Assembly (NCBI RefSeq): GCF_001194135.2
Contig: NC_068988.1
Span: 93,925,330 to 93,965,280 of the forward strand
Source: Octopus bimaculoides
Lineage: Eukaryota
Reading direction: 5' to 3'
DNA: 39,951 bases
The notes under the pieces are model-generated. The model saw only the letters and a program-made list of their open reading frames with translations, was not told where the DNA came from and did no database searches. This document shows, piece after piece, positions 1-12,400 of the stretch. Every line of letters starts with the position of its first letter. Position 1 is the stretch's first letter. The position numbers and the translations under genes are program-made.

Positions 1-8
1 ATACATAT

Positions 9-170
9 ATACGACGGGCTTCTTTCAGTTTCTCTCTACCAAATCCACTCACAAGGCTTTGGTCAGCCCGAGGCTATAGTAGAAGACACATGCTCAAGGT
101 GCCACGCAATGGGGCTGAACCAGGTACCATGTGGTTGGTAAGCAAGCTATTTAGCACACAGCCACTCCTG
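9..170 (-). mobile_element. tRNA-derived SINE, family B
   Basis: The reverse complement reads CAGGAGTGGCTGTGTG..AGCTTGCT..CCAACCACATGGT..., with a pol III A-box-like head and an (AT)n tail. It aligns along its length with the copy at 25780-25971. Confidence 0.8.
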
Positions 171-250
171 TTCACTCTTGTCAAAGGAAGAAGGCAGGTT
201 ACTCTTCCAAAGCAAAACAGAAAACAAAAACAACAAACAAAAAAAGAAGT

Positions 251-620
251 ATTACACGTGGCAGTAACTGTTCGATACTATCCCATAAATCACCAACCAA
301 CGAACACTGAACGAGTGCTTGCAAGATGGTTTCATCGTCGTGTGCACGTCCCGCACAGTTTCCGCTGATTGTGTTTCTCTACCGGTAGAGCTTAACGTAT
401 AATGCTCCCCTCGTTGTACTGTCAAGCTTTGAAGTCCATAATCCCGGATATGAAACTCCTCCAGAAGTGAGTACAGTCACCATCGATGTCCAAAGCTGCT
501 TCCTTCCCATCTTCGTTCATCTTCTCCACTGTAGCTCAATGGAACGAGAGTGTCGACTTTTCATTGACTACAGTGTCAAGCTCTGTGAAAACTAACAGAT
601 GTCTCTAATTTCTCTACGGT
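251..620 (-). mobile_element. Decayed L1/Tx1-like LINE ORF2 C-terminal fragment (Cys/His-rich region)
   Basis: Minus-strand translation with stops gives STLSFH*ATVEKMNED..IMDFKA*QY..KLYR*RNTISGNCAGRAHDDETILQALVQCSLVGDLWDSIEQLLPRV. This matches the remnant at 10112-10620 and the CxxC..ETxxHxxxxC motif of L1-clade ORF2. Confidence 0.65.
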
Positions 621-1970
621 CGAAGGAGGAGATATGGACCTCCACATCAACAAAAACAGCTTCCAGTTGTGTTTCCAGAGCATACAGATGTCTTCTTTGT
701 TTATGGCAAGACAAGAATATCATTTCCATTCTTTCTACTTCTCTAATATATTCCAAAGGCAATGAATCATTGTAATGCAGTCTTCATTACCCTTTTCTTT
801 TTTATGAATCGCTCCGATTCAAAGATTTCTCTGGACTTGTGATGCAGACAAAAACTACTGTTGTTGTTATTATCATTAAAGTCATAAACACTTTTTGATT
901 TTGTTTTTCTTTTGTTAAAGTTTGTTGCATCTGTTTTGATTAATGTTTTCTCTTTATTTTGCGTTGACATTTTTGTTGTTGTTCTTGTTGATCGAATAGC
1001 TGTCTTAGCGACGAACAATCCGTCTTTCAAGGATTATCTAGCACTACGTTATCTAGTATATGTCCCTTTTGCAATTAAAGATGGTATGTTACTCGAGGAA
1101 GAATTATATACTATGTTTAGCAGGTTCAACAAACATTAAAAAACTCTGGAGTGATAAATCCGATACAGCCTTCAGCAAAGCGATTTGCTCAAGTCATATC
1201 GCATTCAGACGAAATGGTCGGCAGTGTTAGAATAACCCGATGGTTTATGTGACGTATTATTATCACCAATATGATCATATGTTAGGATCCGAACTGTTGA
1301 CCTTTCGGTTGCCTGTAGATTCAACTATCTACGATTCCCTGAAGGTCAACGAAGTTGATACACATGACCATAACTGATTTAGTTTGTTGGAGGATTGCAG
1401 TGTAAGCGAGTTCTTTCGATTAATCTTTTGGTAATCTGTTCCCAAGCATGTTTCCACATCAGCAGATATTTCTTCCTCATCTGAAAGATTCCTTTGACAA
1501 GATCATCAAAATTCCAAATGGAATCTTTCCCCTTCGATTCAAACGTTAGCCAGAGATATATTTTTGAAACTCATACAAACATACACTCACGCGCACGCAC
1601 ACACACAGCGGCATGCACTTGTACACACTCACTCACGCGCACAGGTACGTGCACACGTGTAGATACATGCATATGAACACATAAGAATTGCTTGTGCATA
1701 CAGACACATGCACGTACACAATGACAGACTGAAAAGGTCTTCAGACTCATGGGAAGAAGAAAAAGTGAAAACTTCAAAAATATGTATAAGCACATTGTTA
1801 ACATACGTACACATATGCACATATACATACACACACACACATATGTACACATATAAATCATATTAAACTTTAGATTAATTTTATAGGAGAAAAGCTATAA
1901 TCGATGGATTCAACGCAAGTCCATACATATATACACACATCTATATAATAGCTATATCTGTATGTATATG

Positions 1971-2037
<67 letters not shown>

Positions 2038-2440
2038 NNNNNNNNNNNNNNNNNNNNNNNNNNNNNNNNNNNNNNNNNNNNNNNNNNNNNNNNNNNNNNN
2101 NNNNNNNNNNNNNNNNNNNNNNNNNNNNNNNNNNNNNNNNNNNNNNNNNNNNNNNNNNNNNNNNNNNNNNNNNNNNNNNNNNNNNNNNNNNNNNNNNNNN
2201 NNNNNNNNNNNNNNNNNNNNNNNNNNNNNNNNNNNNNNNNNNNNNNNNNNNNNNNNNNNNNNNNNNNNNNNNNNNNNNNNNNNNNNNNNNNNNNNNNNNN
2301 NNNNNNNNNNNNNNNNNNNNNNNNNNNNNNNNNNNNNNNNNNNNNNNNNNNNNNNNNNNNNNNNNNNNNNNNNNNNNNNNNNNNNNNNNNNNNNNNNNNN
2401 NNNNNNNNNNNNNNNNNNNNNNNNNNNNNNNNNNNNNNNN
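2038..2440. other. Assembly gap (403 N) after a (TG)n tract
   Basis: Run of N. Confidence 0.99.
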
Positions 2441-2982
2441 CTCGTGGCTTCTGATCATAACTAATTGGAAGTGTTATCGCGTACATTGTTTTGTCTTGGT
2501 ATAAAAAGATGGGCTACAGCAAATATTCTGCTCAATACCACATATTTGCTTGTCAGTTGTTTGACCTTAACCAGTTGAGCATGTCCCTTGGTGGCTGACG
2601 ATATGTGCATCTCTGATCATGAGCAGAAGTAGTGGGGGAGCATCATAGTCATGTGTTGAGAGGAATTCTTAGGGGTTTGAATAATTCTCCTTTGGAAGCA
2701 TGGGTGTTTTGTCCAACATCCTTAAACAACCCTTATTCAGGGACCATTGAGTCGGATGGGCTATTCAACCTGCAAAAAACTCTAACTGGGCCCCACCTGC
2801 AAGGTTATGCGCTGTTTATTTTGATGTGAGATCACCATGTTGTGCACATATGGTTGTGATGCATGTGCCTGGTGTACCCTTATCAGACGGGTAGTCATGA
2901 TGGGTATACTCGACGGCGTATATTTTACCCCAGTGTCACTTTGATGGCATGCACTGCTCTCTCATTCAATAATAATAATAAT
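2441..2982 (+). mobile_element. Probable 3' end of a non-LTR retroelement or interspersed repeat with a short (AAT)n tail
   Basis: Non-coding, higher-complexity segment ending GGCATGCACTGCTCTCTCATTC(AAT)n. It resembles a common octopus repeat from memory; the family is not verified. Confidence 0.4.
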
Positions 2983-3290
2983 CCTCTCTTCTAAAGGCAC
3001 AAGGCCTGAAATTTGTGGGAAATGATTGTGAAAGATTCTTTTAATTGGTACATCACACGCACTGAGAAAATCATTGTCGCTGTGAGAGCGATTACCGCCT
3101 ACGTAGTTTTCTAACATAGCTTTATTTTGTGAATGAACACTCTGGCGATTTTAATTTAATGGTTTATCAATCTATATAGTGAATTTCTTTGCCTTAGGTA
3201 TCAGGAAGTCACTTGGCAAGAAATGGAAACCAAATTGAAAGAAGAAAAACTAAGAACAACAATAATGTGGACTTCTGCGGAACAACAACA

Positions 3291-3368
3291 AAAGTGGACT
3301 TCTGCGGAATTTGAACTCAGGACGTAAAGACGTACGAGATACCGCTAAGCATTTTGTCCGGTGTGCTC
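3291..3368 (-). mobile_element. tRNA-derived SINE family A, 5' fragment
   Basis: GCGGAATTTGAACTCAGGACGTAAAGACG..ACCGCTAAGCATTT is the reverse complement of the head of the copies at 14153 and 35839. A 16-bp duplication (3267-3282 and 3294-3309) sits at its junction. Confidence 0.55.
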
Positions 3369-3806
3369 TAGTATTAATACAGACATCACACAGAACATTA
3401 ACCGACATGGCTGCATGTGGAGGAATGGGTTGGGGGAAAATTAAGTCGCGATTAAATCCAGATAAAATGAAACTAAGTGATTAACGAATGAAGTAAATGT
3501 AAAGACTTGTAGACCAGATTTTAAACACACACACACGCACGCGCGTACAGAGTTGTCTTGAATGTAGTCTTCTCCAAATCCTTGTTTTCCCAAACAATCA
3601 TTTCCCCTTCGTCCCGCTATTTCTCAGAATAATTAACTTGTCCAATAAAGAAGCGCTGGCGATGTGGTCACGTTGGTTACTATTTACATACTTGTACTGA
3701 CTTCAGGCTGCGATAAATACCCTATTCAATCCCTTAACTACTAGTTAGACAAACTTCACTCCCGCAATAGTAACACACAACTTCTTTTCTTTGACAACGT
3801 CTTAAA

Positions 3807-3865
3807 CTATGCCATCAATAAGGCAAGCAAAGCTAGCGATACGTTTGTCGCCGCAACGTCGGCTT
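3807..3865 (-). CDS. Candidate terminal coding exon: (E)ADVAATNVSLALLALLMA*, hydrophobic C-terminus of an unidentified protein
   Basis: A very long polypyrimidine tract and a CAG acceptor (AG at 3867-3866) precede it. Read in phase 1 it gives 18 codons and a TAG at 3809-3807. The phase matches the exon at 4273-4332. Confidence 0.6.
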
Positions 3866-4272
3866 CTGGTTGTATTGAAGAAACTAAAAGAAACACAAAG
3901 ACAGAAAGAAAGACGTAAATGAATAACGATATAAATAAAGAAAAGATATAAAGGAAGGAAGAACGAAAGAAAGAAAAAAGATGTAAAGGAAGAAAAGAAA
4001 GATAGAAAGTAAGAAAGATATAACACAAGAAATGAACGCGCACACATATACATATGCACACATATACGTGCACACGCAAGCACACGCACGCACTCACATC
4101 ACACAAACTCTCTCTTTCACACAAGCCTCACACACACGCACGCACACACACGTATACACACACGCATATACATACACACAATCACTGGTGTAAGTTCATG
4201 CGATCGTATTGCAGTTTGCGGTGGTTCCCTAGCCTTGGACTGATTGATTAGTTTCGCAGGCACCCGACGCAC

Positions 4273-4332
4273 CTTTCGCCGACATGAACACAGCAAAGTT
4301 ACTGCCTCTTGTCAAATCAGGATGGGGAGCCA
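4273..4332 (-). CDS. Candidate internal 60-nt coding exon: (x)APHPDLTRGSNFAVFMSAK
   Basis: Pyrimidine-rich acceptor ..CTTTCTTTCCGTCTTTCC..CCTAG and donor AAG|GTGCGT. Only the phase-1 frame is open. It joins 3865-3807 in frame across a 407-nt GT-AG intron. Confidence 0.6.
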
Positions 4333-4667
4333 CTAGGCCGGTGGTGGCGGAGGAGGAAAGACGGAAAGAAAGAAATCAAACAATATCTATGTAACAAGAC
4401 AGTCTCTTACGTTCAGTCTCACTCATCAAACATCCATATTGTTGTTATACGATAGTGTTGATATGTCAAACGATTCTGATAACACGGTCGCCGGGCCATG
4501 TACTGATTCCAGTAATGTTTATCTTATTGTCTTTCTTCCTTTCCAACTCTTTTTCCCTCGAGTCACATCCATTTACTGAATACTTTCTTCTTTACTATTA
4601 AACTTAATCTGAAGGTAAACGGTGGACGTGTCCTTGTGTGTGAGAGCGTCTGCCTCAGTCCTTGCAT

Positions 4668-4711
<44 letters not shown>

Positions 4712-4721
4712 NNNNNNNNNN
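4712..4721. other. Assembly gap (10 N) inside (TG)n
   Basis: Run of N. Confidence 0.99.
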
Positions 4722-4767
<46 letters not shown>

Positions 4768-4961
4768 CACGAAGTTGGATGCATGTGTGTATATAGGTAT
4801 GTATAAGTTTGTGTACGTGCATGTGTGTGCCTGAGTATGTTTGTATGACTGCATCATACAAACTCTTTGGCTGTTTGTACATTCGCGGATGTGTATGGCC
4901 ATGCATCTACTTGTGTGCATGCATGTTTGGATGTGTGCGTGTTTGTGTACGTGTATATATA

Positions 4962-5005
4962 NNNNNNNNNNNNNNNNNNNNNNNNNNNNNNNNNNNNNNN
5001 NNNNN
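4962..5005. other. Assembly gap (44 N) inside (TA)n
   Basis: Run of N. Confidence 0.99.
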
Positions 5006-5057
5006 TATATATATATATATATATACATACATACATACATATATCTATATCTATATC

Positions 5058-5105
<48 letters not shown>

Positions 5106-5154
5106 CGTACAGTCACTATGTGAGACTTTTATGTCATTCTCAAAGAAGTTAAGG

Positions 5155-5950
5155 GTTACATTAGCGTTTCAATGGCAGTAGGTACTTTTGCCAATTGTTG
5201 TGACATCAGTAACCAGGAATGGGGAATGGAATCGAATACCTTTCTGCAATCAAGCCTTGCTGTTACAAGATATCTGCGGTGTTTCCTCACTTCGGACAAT
5301 ACAGCTATATCTATTAAGTTGTTTGGTGCAACTCCAGACCTCTTTATTTTCCATCTGACTGGGACCAGTGGCCGTTAGAACATTAAATTCACAATTATCT
5401 TGAAACAAATGGTTATATACAGATTGTACATAATGTTAAGACAGGGGCCTATAGTTATTTGCAAAGACAATGCTTTCGTTCTTGGCTACAAGATTTGTTC
5501 GTGCGATGGCAGGCCAGTTTTTGCAAGTTCTATGAATATATATTATGATTGCATTTCTCTAAAGAAAACCAACAGATTGTACCAGTAACCGAGTAAAAAG
5601 TCTCTTCCTGGTGATTCTCAATATGCATCTTTGCTACAGCCTTGGTTGAAATTTCCGCGTCCACAGCATAAGTTTTGCAATAGATATTAGTACAGTAATC
5701 TTGCGTTATTGTGTGACAGTCTATGTTGTATGTAAATTAAAAAGTTCCATTTCACTCAAGATTTTGAAGCAGAATAATTTTAGATCATTCTGGAAAGAGA
5801 CTTTTTCTATATGAATGATATATTTTCCTTCATCCTCCGATGTACAACTTGTGGACTTGAAGCAAATTCGCAGTTTATGTTGCCTCCTTCTCATATCTTT
5901 TTGTTTTCTTTCGATAGCGGAATTTTTCCCTTTAGACTTTGAGTTCATGC
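5155..5950 (-). mobile_element. Decayed R4/Dong-like (R2 group) non-LTR retrotransposon, reverse transcriptase region
   Basis: Minus-strand translation across frameshifts gives PGRDFLLGYWY, AKNES..NNYRPLS, EVWSCTKQL and AVLSEVRKHRRYLVTARLDCRKVFDSIPHSWLL. These are early non-LTR RT motifs (YRPI, GCxxQL, LDxxKAFDSxPHxWL). Confidence 0.75.
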
Positions 5951-6544
5951 ATTACAGTTATCAATTGTCCATCGAAAATAAGAATAGAATCTCTGTACAT
6001 GTATGTAATTTTCCAATAACAAGTGTGCTATGAACATTTCTCCTTACATTTTATAACGGCATCTGTATGTATATATTTATATATTTATAACGGCATATGT
6101 ATGTATATATTTATATATATATATTCAATTAAGAGATGTACTGGCGAGACGAATTTGTTGTCAATTAATAAAAACGGCTTACTGAGTTGATTGACCTTTC
6201 AAATGGTTAGGAACCACTGAAAAAATTCATTTAAAGTACAGGGTTTCTTAGTTGGGAAGCATTGCTTTAGTGTCCGACTGGTACCCACTGTACAGAATCC
6301 GATGAAATCAAAACCAAGTCAGTCCCATACAGGAATGAATCAAAGACACGGAAAAAAATGGCTGCAACTCAAACTGAACAGATTCGAATGAGAAGGGAAA
6401 GAAATCAACCATTTCCTATGAAAGAGAAGCTTTCCTATTTGCATGATGCACTCACGATTTTGCTTTTAATCAACAATATATTCCTCTCTCCTTTTATTCA
6501 GCCTCTCTTTCATAATACACACACACACACACACACACACATAC

Positions 6545-6726
6545 NNNNNNNNNNNNNNNNNNNNNNNNNNNNNNNNNNNNNNNNNNNNNNNNNNNNNNNN
6601 NNNNNNNNNNNNNNNNNNNNNNNNNNNNNNNNNNNNNNNNNNNNNNNNNNNNNNNNNNNNNNNNNNNNNNNNNNNNNNNNNNNNNNNNNNNNNNNNNNNN
6701 NNNNNNNNNNNNNNNNNNNNNNNNNN
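6545..6726. other. Assembly gap (182 N)
   Basis: Run of N. Confidence 0.99.
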
Positions 6727-6727
6727 A

Positions 6728-6760
<33 letters not shown>

Positions 6761-6932
6761 GTATGCATGTATATATACATATGTATATGCATATATGTGT
6801 ATATAACTATGTATATATGAATTAGCTATCTGCTGTCTGTTTCTCACTCACTCTTTCGCGTTCTTTCTTTCTCTTTCTTTCTTTCTTTATTTTTTATTTC
6901 TCTCTCTCTCCACACACACACACGCACACATC

Positions 6933-6971
<39 letters not shown>

Positions 6972-7602
6972 TCACACACAGGCACGCACACACATATCTC
7001 GTTCTATAATGGTTTCCTAATTTCTGACTAGTAAATAGCGTACTGTTAATGTGCATATGTGCATATGTGCATGTGTGCATGCGTGCATGCGTGTGTGCGC
7101 GCGCTGAAGCCGTAGATTTTTCAGTAACAATACTATTTATTCATGTAATATAATAAAGCTCGAACTAGTCTGGTTCTTAACATGTAAAATCGAAAATAGC
7201 TATCTCCTAAACAGCACTAATAAATTGAATATACACCATAGAGTTGCTGCAATATTTTCGGTTCATTTGTAAATCATGCCAAAGCATTCCCTATTATTAG
7301 CTGTTACTATATCGGCTCTGATTGTACAGGACCCAGAAATGTATGCGAGAATTATACACATATGTGTAAATCTGTTTACTAAATGGACGTGAATGAGCCA
7401 ATATATGTACAATAAATACTAGCTTAGCATTAAGATTAGTGTTCGAATGGTAGGACATGCTTAAACGATAAAAGTATGAATTATTTGACATCAATTGTAT
7501 AAATGTTTATTGATGTTGTTAGGAGTCATTCGTATAATAAGGTTATCAGAGCTATGTCAAATGCTTACAAGATTGCGTTGTGTTGTGTGTGTATGTGCGC
7601 AG

Positions 7603-7657
<55 letters not shown>

Positions 7658-8127
7658 ACAAACATGCATATAGTTACAACATTCATACATACAGACCTAC
7701 CTACTTACATATATACATCCGTGCATTCACACATGCATTCACACATACACATGTATGCATATATAACCGTATTCGGTAATTCACCTAACCCTAGTTTTCT
7801 TTCTATTGAAACTGTATCTCATCCACTTCGCATGTTAACCAGACTAAATGCGACGCTAACAAATATGGACGAGCGGCTCAATAACATGCTGTTTAACAGA
7901 GTTCAGTTCGTTCCTTTATCTGTTCAATGAATGGTAGGAACTGGTATTGTGCCAGCTCGAAAGATGAAATAAATCTTCGTGGTGTATACTAATATATTCG
8001 TTGTTTCGATACGTAAAACACGAAAAATGTCACTGTCAAGTTATTTGTTAATGAATAACTTCAGTGGTACTCGGAGTTTCATCAAAAAGTACATGTCATC
8101 ACATCGTAGTCAATAACAGAAGCATGG

Positions 8128-8128
8128 A

Positions 8129-8171
<43 letters not shown>

Positions 8172-8504
8172 TTATGTTTGACTTTTGTCTTGCATTTGTA
8201 CAAGTTGGATCCAAGTCTCACCCAGAGACCTCAAGAGACAACAAGTTAGAAGTTCATGTAGGTGTTATGCCTAGGGTACCATATACTTGGATTTGTACAG
8301 TGTTGTTCTAGAGAATGTTTAAGAAACCATAAGAAAATTATGTGTTTGCTTTAAAATTTGAGATCACATAGACAGTATTTTACGTAGGATATGGGCAGTT
8401 CCCATGAGCACTATCTTTTGAACTTCAGCCATTTTGGGGTTTCCTGGTATCTGAGCTAGGTAGTAATCAGCCTGTTTCGCTGTCATTCCCAGGGCACCTA
8501 TGAC
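8128..8504 (-). mobile_element. R4/Dong-like retrotransposon 3' end (ORF C-terminus, 3' UTR, (TAA)n tail)
   Basis: Open frame 8504-8364 reads VIGALGMTAKQADYYLAQIPGNPKMAEVQKIVLMGTAHILRKILSM*, homologous to the C-terminus at 37385-37612. The (TAA)n tail is at 8128-8172. Confidence 0.85.
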
Positions 8505-8678
8505 NNNNNNNNNNNNNNNNNNNNNNNNNNNNNNNNNNNNNNNNNNNNNNNNNNNNNNNNNNNNNNNNNNNNNNNNNNNNNNNNNNNNNNNNNNNNNNNN
8601 NNNNNNNNNNNNNNNNNNNNNNNNNNNNNNNNNNNNNNNNNNNNNNNNNNNNNNNNNNNNNNNNNNNNNNNNNNNNNN
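8505..8678. other. Assembly gap (174 N)
   Basis: Run of N. Confidence 0.99.
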
Positions 8679-8735
<57 letters not shown>

Positions 8736-8745
8736 GTTGTTGTTG

Positions 8746-8789
<44 letters not shown>

Positions 8790-8793
8790 GTTA

Positions 8794-8853
<60 letters not shown>
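8679..8853. repeat. (TTA)n microsatellite with TTG interruptions
   Basis: Read directly from the sequence. Confidence 0.97.
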
Positions 8854-8854
<1 letters not shown>

Positions 8855-9019
8855 ATGCGTATAAGAAGGGATGACCACTAGGTAGACATCCAATATGCTA
8901 GAAAGAGGTCATCAACGACCCAACCACAAAAGAAAGATCATGTTCTCCAGAAAAAATTTCAGTAACAATACCAAAGCTTAGGCGGGCAGGACAAAATGAA
9001 AAATATATAAAATATAAAG

Positions 9020-9275
9020 AATTAACTGTGTCAAGACATAGGAGGTTAGTATTCTGGGGGTATGGCCTTCACAGATGGTCGCATTCAGCACTAACGACTT
9101 ACCTTCTAGATTCAGCAAGACGCATCGTATCGAAAGATTCAATCCATTCCGAAGTAGAACAACGACTCTGCCTTCCATTCTCGACGGACATGGAAATGCG
9201 TTGCCAAAGATGGGTGCAAAGTTTGTGCCTTGGAAACTCTCGTCTCACTGATAGCCACCGCATCTATGTTAAGTG
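9020..9275 (-). mobile_element. Decayed L1/Tx1-like LINE AP-endonuclease fragment
   Basis: SLNIDAVAISETRVSK.., then a frameshift to GRVVVLLRNGLNLSIRCVLLNLEGKSLVLNATI..RILTSYV. These are the APE-type DxxxxxETR, GVAxL and D/NxxGR motifs, homologous to 28423-28686. Confidence 0.7.
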
Positions 9276-9285
9276 ATTTGTTGTG

Positions 9286-9327
<42 letters not shown>

Positions 9328-9661
9328 TGAGTGTGTTCATCATCATCATCATCATCATCAACAGCATCAATAGCAAATCGTCTTTTGTGACAACGAATAT
9401 ATTTTTTAAGACAATGGTTGAGTAAAACCAGAACGAAGACGAAGAAGAAAAAGAAGAAGAAGAAAAGATGGGAAGAGAAAATGGAAGAATAAGAGTACAT
9501 TAAAAACAACAGCAACAATATTAGAAGCATCAACGACATAATCAACATAAAGCAATCAAGTATTAAGACATGATAACTAAGAAGAAAAAACAAAACAAAA
9601 CAAAACAAGTTATTACCATTGTTTGACAATCGATATACTTTATAAAAAGAAAAAAAAAACG

Positions 9662-9703
<42 letters not shown>

Positions 9704-10111
9704 GCTGATGAAATTGTTGCATTTACTGTATTGTTTAAGCTTATTTTGTTGTTGTCTTCCTATTGCCTTTGACGTCATAGCACCCTGCCGTCCACCAAGC
9801 TGCAGGATTTGTGCATTAATAAAACTGAGCAGTCTCTCTTTTTGAAAACCAGGATTATTTAGTCAGTGTTATGACGACACTAGCTTTTATCGTCAGTTCT
9901 AACAACGGCAGTGACCACAGCTGGTGAAATGCTTTCGTTCGTGTTTTATATGTGTTTTGTTTGACTGTTATTGTTGCGGTAGTATAGCTTCTTGGACACT
10001 AACAAAAAGGAAAAGAAAAAAAGAAAAGAGTGAAATGCTTGTAATTACTAATATATAAAATATATAAAAGAAATTAGAAGTAAATCAAACGAGAAATGAC
10101 ATCGGGATTCA

Positions 10112-10620
10112 TGGCCTGGTAGTGGTTCCGGGGGCGTGGGTGGGGGAAGCATTGCCATTTCGTGATAAACTCAACAGGCATGTTAGTGCTGTCAGCCGCA
10201 CTTACTCGAGGTGCCCGCAGAGAGACGAAACCGTCCTGCGCCCGTTGGTACAGTGTTCGAATATTGCTGATTAGTGGGGTTGATGTCGTGTTGGACGGAT
10301 CCGGCTATCGGCCAATTCCAACTTCAAAATCGCGCCACTGCCTTCCTTTGGTCGGGAAGGGCAAACAGTTTTAACTTGTCTTGTGGAGAGGGCAAAAGAA
10401 GTTGCGTTGAGGACGAAACTGAAAGGAGTGACCACAGTCCATTTGAAAAGGAAAGAGAAGGCTGTGAGGAATGTGCTGTCCCCCAGTAAATTTGTTGACA
10501 GGTGGGGGAATAGGGCGAGGATGGCCCGAGTGAGTGGTCTACTCTATGTTGGTGCCTGTAAGCTGAGAAATAAGGAGAGAAAGAGAGAGGAACACTTGCT
10601 TTGGCACTTCTGGTGAGCAG
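10112..10620 (+). mobile_element. Decayed L1/Tx1-like LINE ORF2 C-terminus and 3' region
   Basis: ALPFRDKLNRHVSAVSRTYSRCPQRDETVLRPLVQCSNIAD*W, and downstream AKEVALRTKLKG..HLKRK..FVDRWGNRARMARV. Confidence 0.7.
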
Positions 10621-11208
10621 GGTGGATCAGAGACTTTAGGAACACTTTATTAGAATTTTATTGTTGAGTTTTATAAATTCTTATGATTTATATAGATTAA
10701 TATAGATAATTGATAATATACAGTATATATAATATATATAGATTAATATAAATTAATATGCTAGTGTCAGTGGATTTGCGTGCGTATGAGTATATACATG
10801 TGTATGTATATATGTGTGTGTGTGTGTGTGTATGTGCATATGTATGTGCACACAAGTATGTATGTACACACATGTTTGTATTTTTACATTTGACGTTTAT
10901 ATCTGTCTATAATTATATATCAATATTTTATTTAACTTTATCATGTTATTCATCACTCAGATCCCATGTATTAATACATGTTCATACACACACAGACGCC
11001 TGCACGCACACACACACACAGACACATGCACACACACACATACACAATCACACATACGTGTACATTTTATACATTTCTTCGTAATATAAATTTTTCATGT
11101 ACACATTACACACACATACATGCACACACACACACGCACACACACATATATGTAGACACACATTTACCCGCATACATGCACACATATTTATAACTATCTC
11201 TCTCTCTC

Positions 11209-11260
<52 letters not shown>

Positions 11261-12249
11261 CACATATATATACATACATATATATATATACTTATATATA
11301 CATACATATATGTATATATAATTATACATACATATATATACATATATATACATACATACATATATACATATATGTATATATATATATATGTATGTATGTA
11401 TATATATGTCTACACATTTTTTCACCCACACACACCTTTAATTACATTTTCGATTCTTTAATATTCTTAACTCTGCTTTGGTCATTTTCTTTCATGCACA
11501 TACAAGCGCAAATGTATGCATGTATGCATATATGCATGTATGCATGTACGTATATCTATACATTTTTGTGCATAAATGTTCATTTATGTATTTGGGTTCA
11601 TATGTATGTATATACGTACACAGACCTATTCTCCTCCAATATGTATACATATTCTACTATCCGATAAAACACACTGCATTTATTTTACATCAGATTACAT
11701 TATAATATATTAAATTATCATATGTTATATTATAATTTTTTTTATTTTGATATAATTGATTTTATTATTATATTCTTTAATATACAATCTTCATGCATGT
11801 AATTGGGGTTTTGTCCAACGTCTTACAATTACTTCAAGCAGAGTTGTTCCCCTTGGAAATTATATGTTTCGTTGAGATATTTGGGTATTTGTGTAGCCTA
11901 CTGGCTTGCACATGGCAGCTGGTGAACTGTGATACATACGTAGACTGCCAATCAGGAATCGGATATCTTCAGATGCATTGCTTACCTAAAATCATCGAGT
12001 ACTGCATGCGAGTTTTCCGTACTTGCATAAGACAGGAAATGTACTCTTATATTCCAGAGACATTGAGGGCTATTTCTTTTGTTGTTACGCACGTGGTAGT
12101 CTCTCTCTATATAAATATGTATATGCACATATACATATATTAATGTTTGTGTTTATGTCAGACTATATATAAAAACAAATTTAATAATAAAATGAAGAAT
12201 TACTCAATGCGTTTTCGTAGACATGTTCACTAAACATTTACAAGCAGAG

Positions 12250-12400
12250 GTATGACAGTGACTTCAGAGTTTTGGCCTGTTAGCCCTCGTTTGACTATAC
12301 TATACTTGGTTTTCCTTCGGCATTACATAGTTTTTGGCATTTGATTTTCAGGCGTGGGTAGAACTGAGCAGTAGATATATAAGGAAATAGAAAAGGATAG
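12250..12400 (-). mobile_element. Possible Penelope-like RT remnant
   Basis: AQFYPRLKIKCQKLCNAEGKPSIV* weakly resembles the PLE RT motif FYxLPKIHK..xRPIVS. Heavily decayed. Confidence 0.3.

Noticed and set aside
4190-4395. Plus-strand model: 70-nt intron (GTAAGT..TTTCGCAG, 4190-4259) followed by MNTAKLLPLVKSGWGATRPVVAEEERRKERNQTISM*
   Set aside because: The upstream exon would be CA-microsatellite and the peptide is only 36 aa. The same bases are better explained by the in-phase minus-strand exon pair.
6183-6216. Minus-strand 34-nt exon candidate (VPNHLKGQST) with TTTTTTCAG acceptor and GTAAGC donor
   Set aside because: It ends in phase 2 and would throw the 4332 exon out of frame; there is no other support.
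11793-12143. 116-aa plus-strand ORF
   Set aside because: No recognisable motif or plus-strand splice context, and it runs into a microsatellite-like tail.
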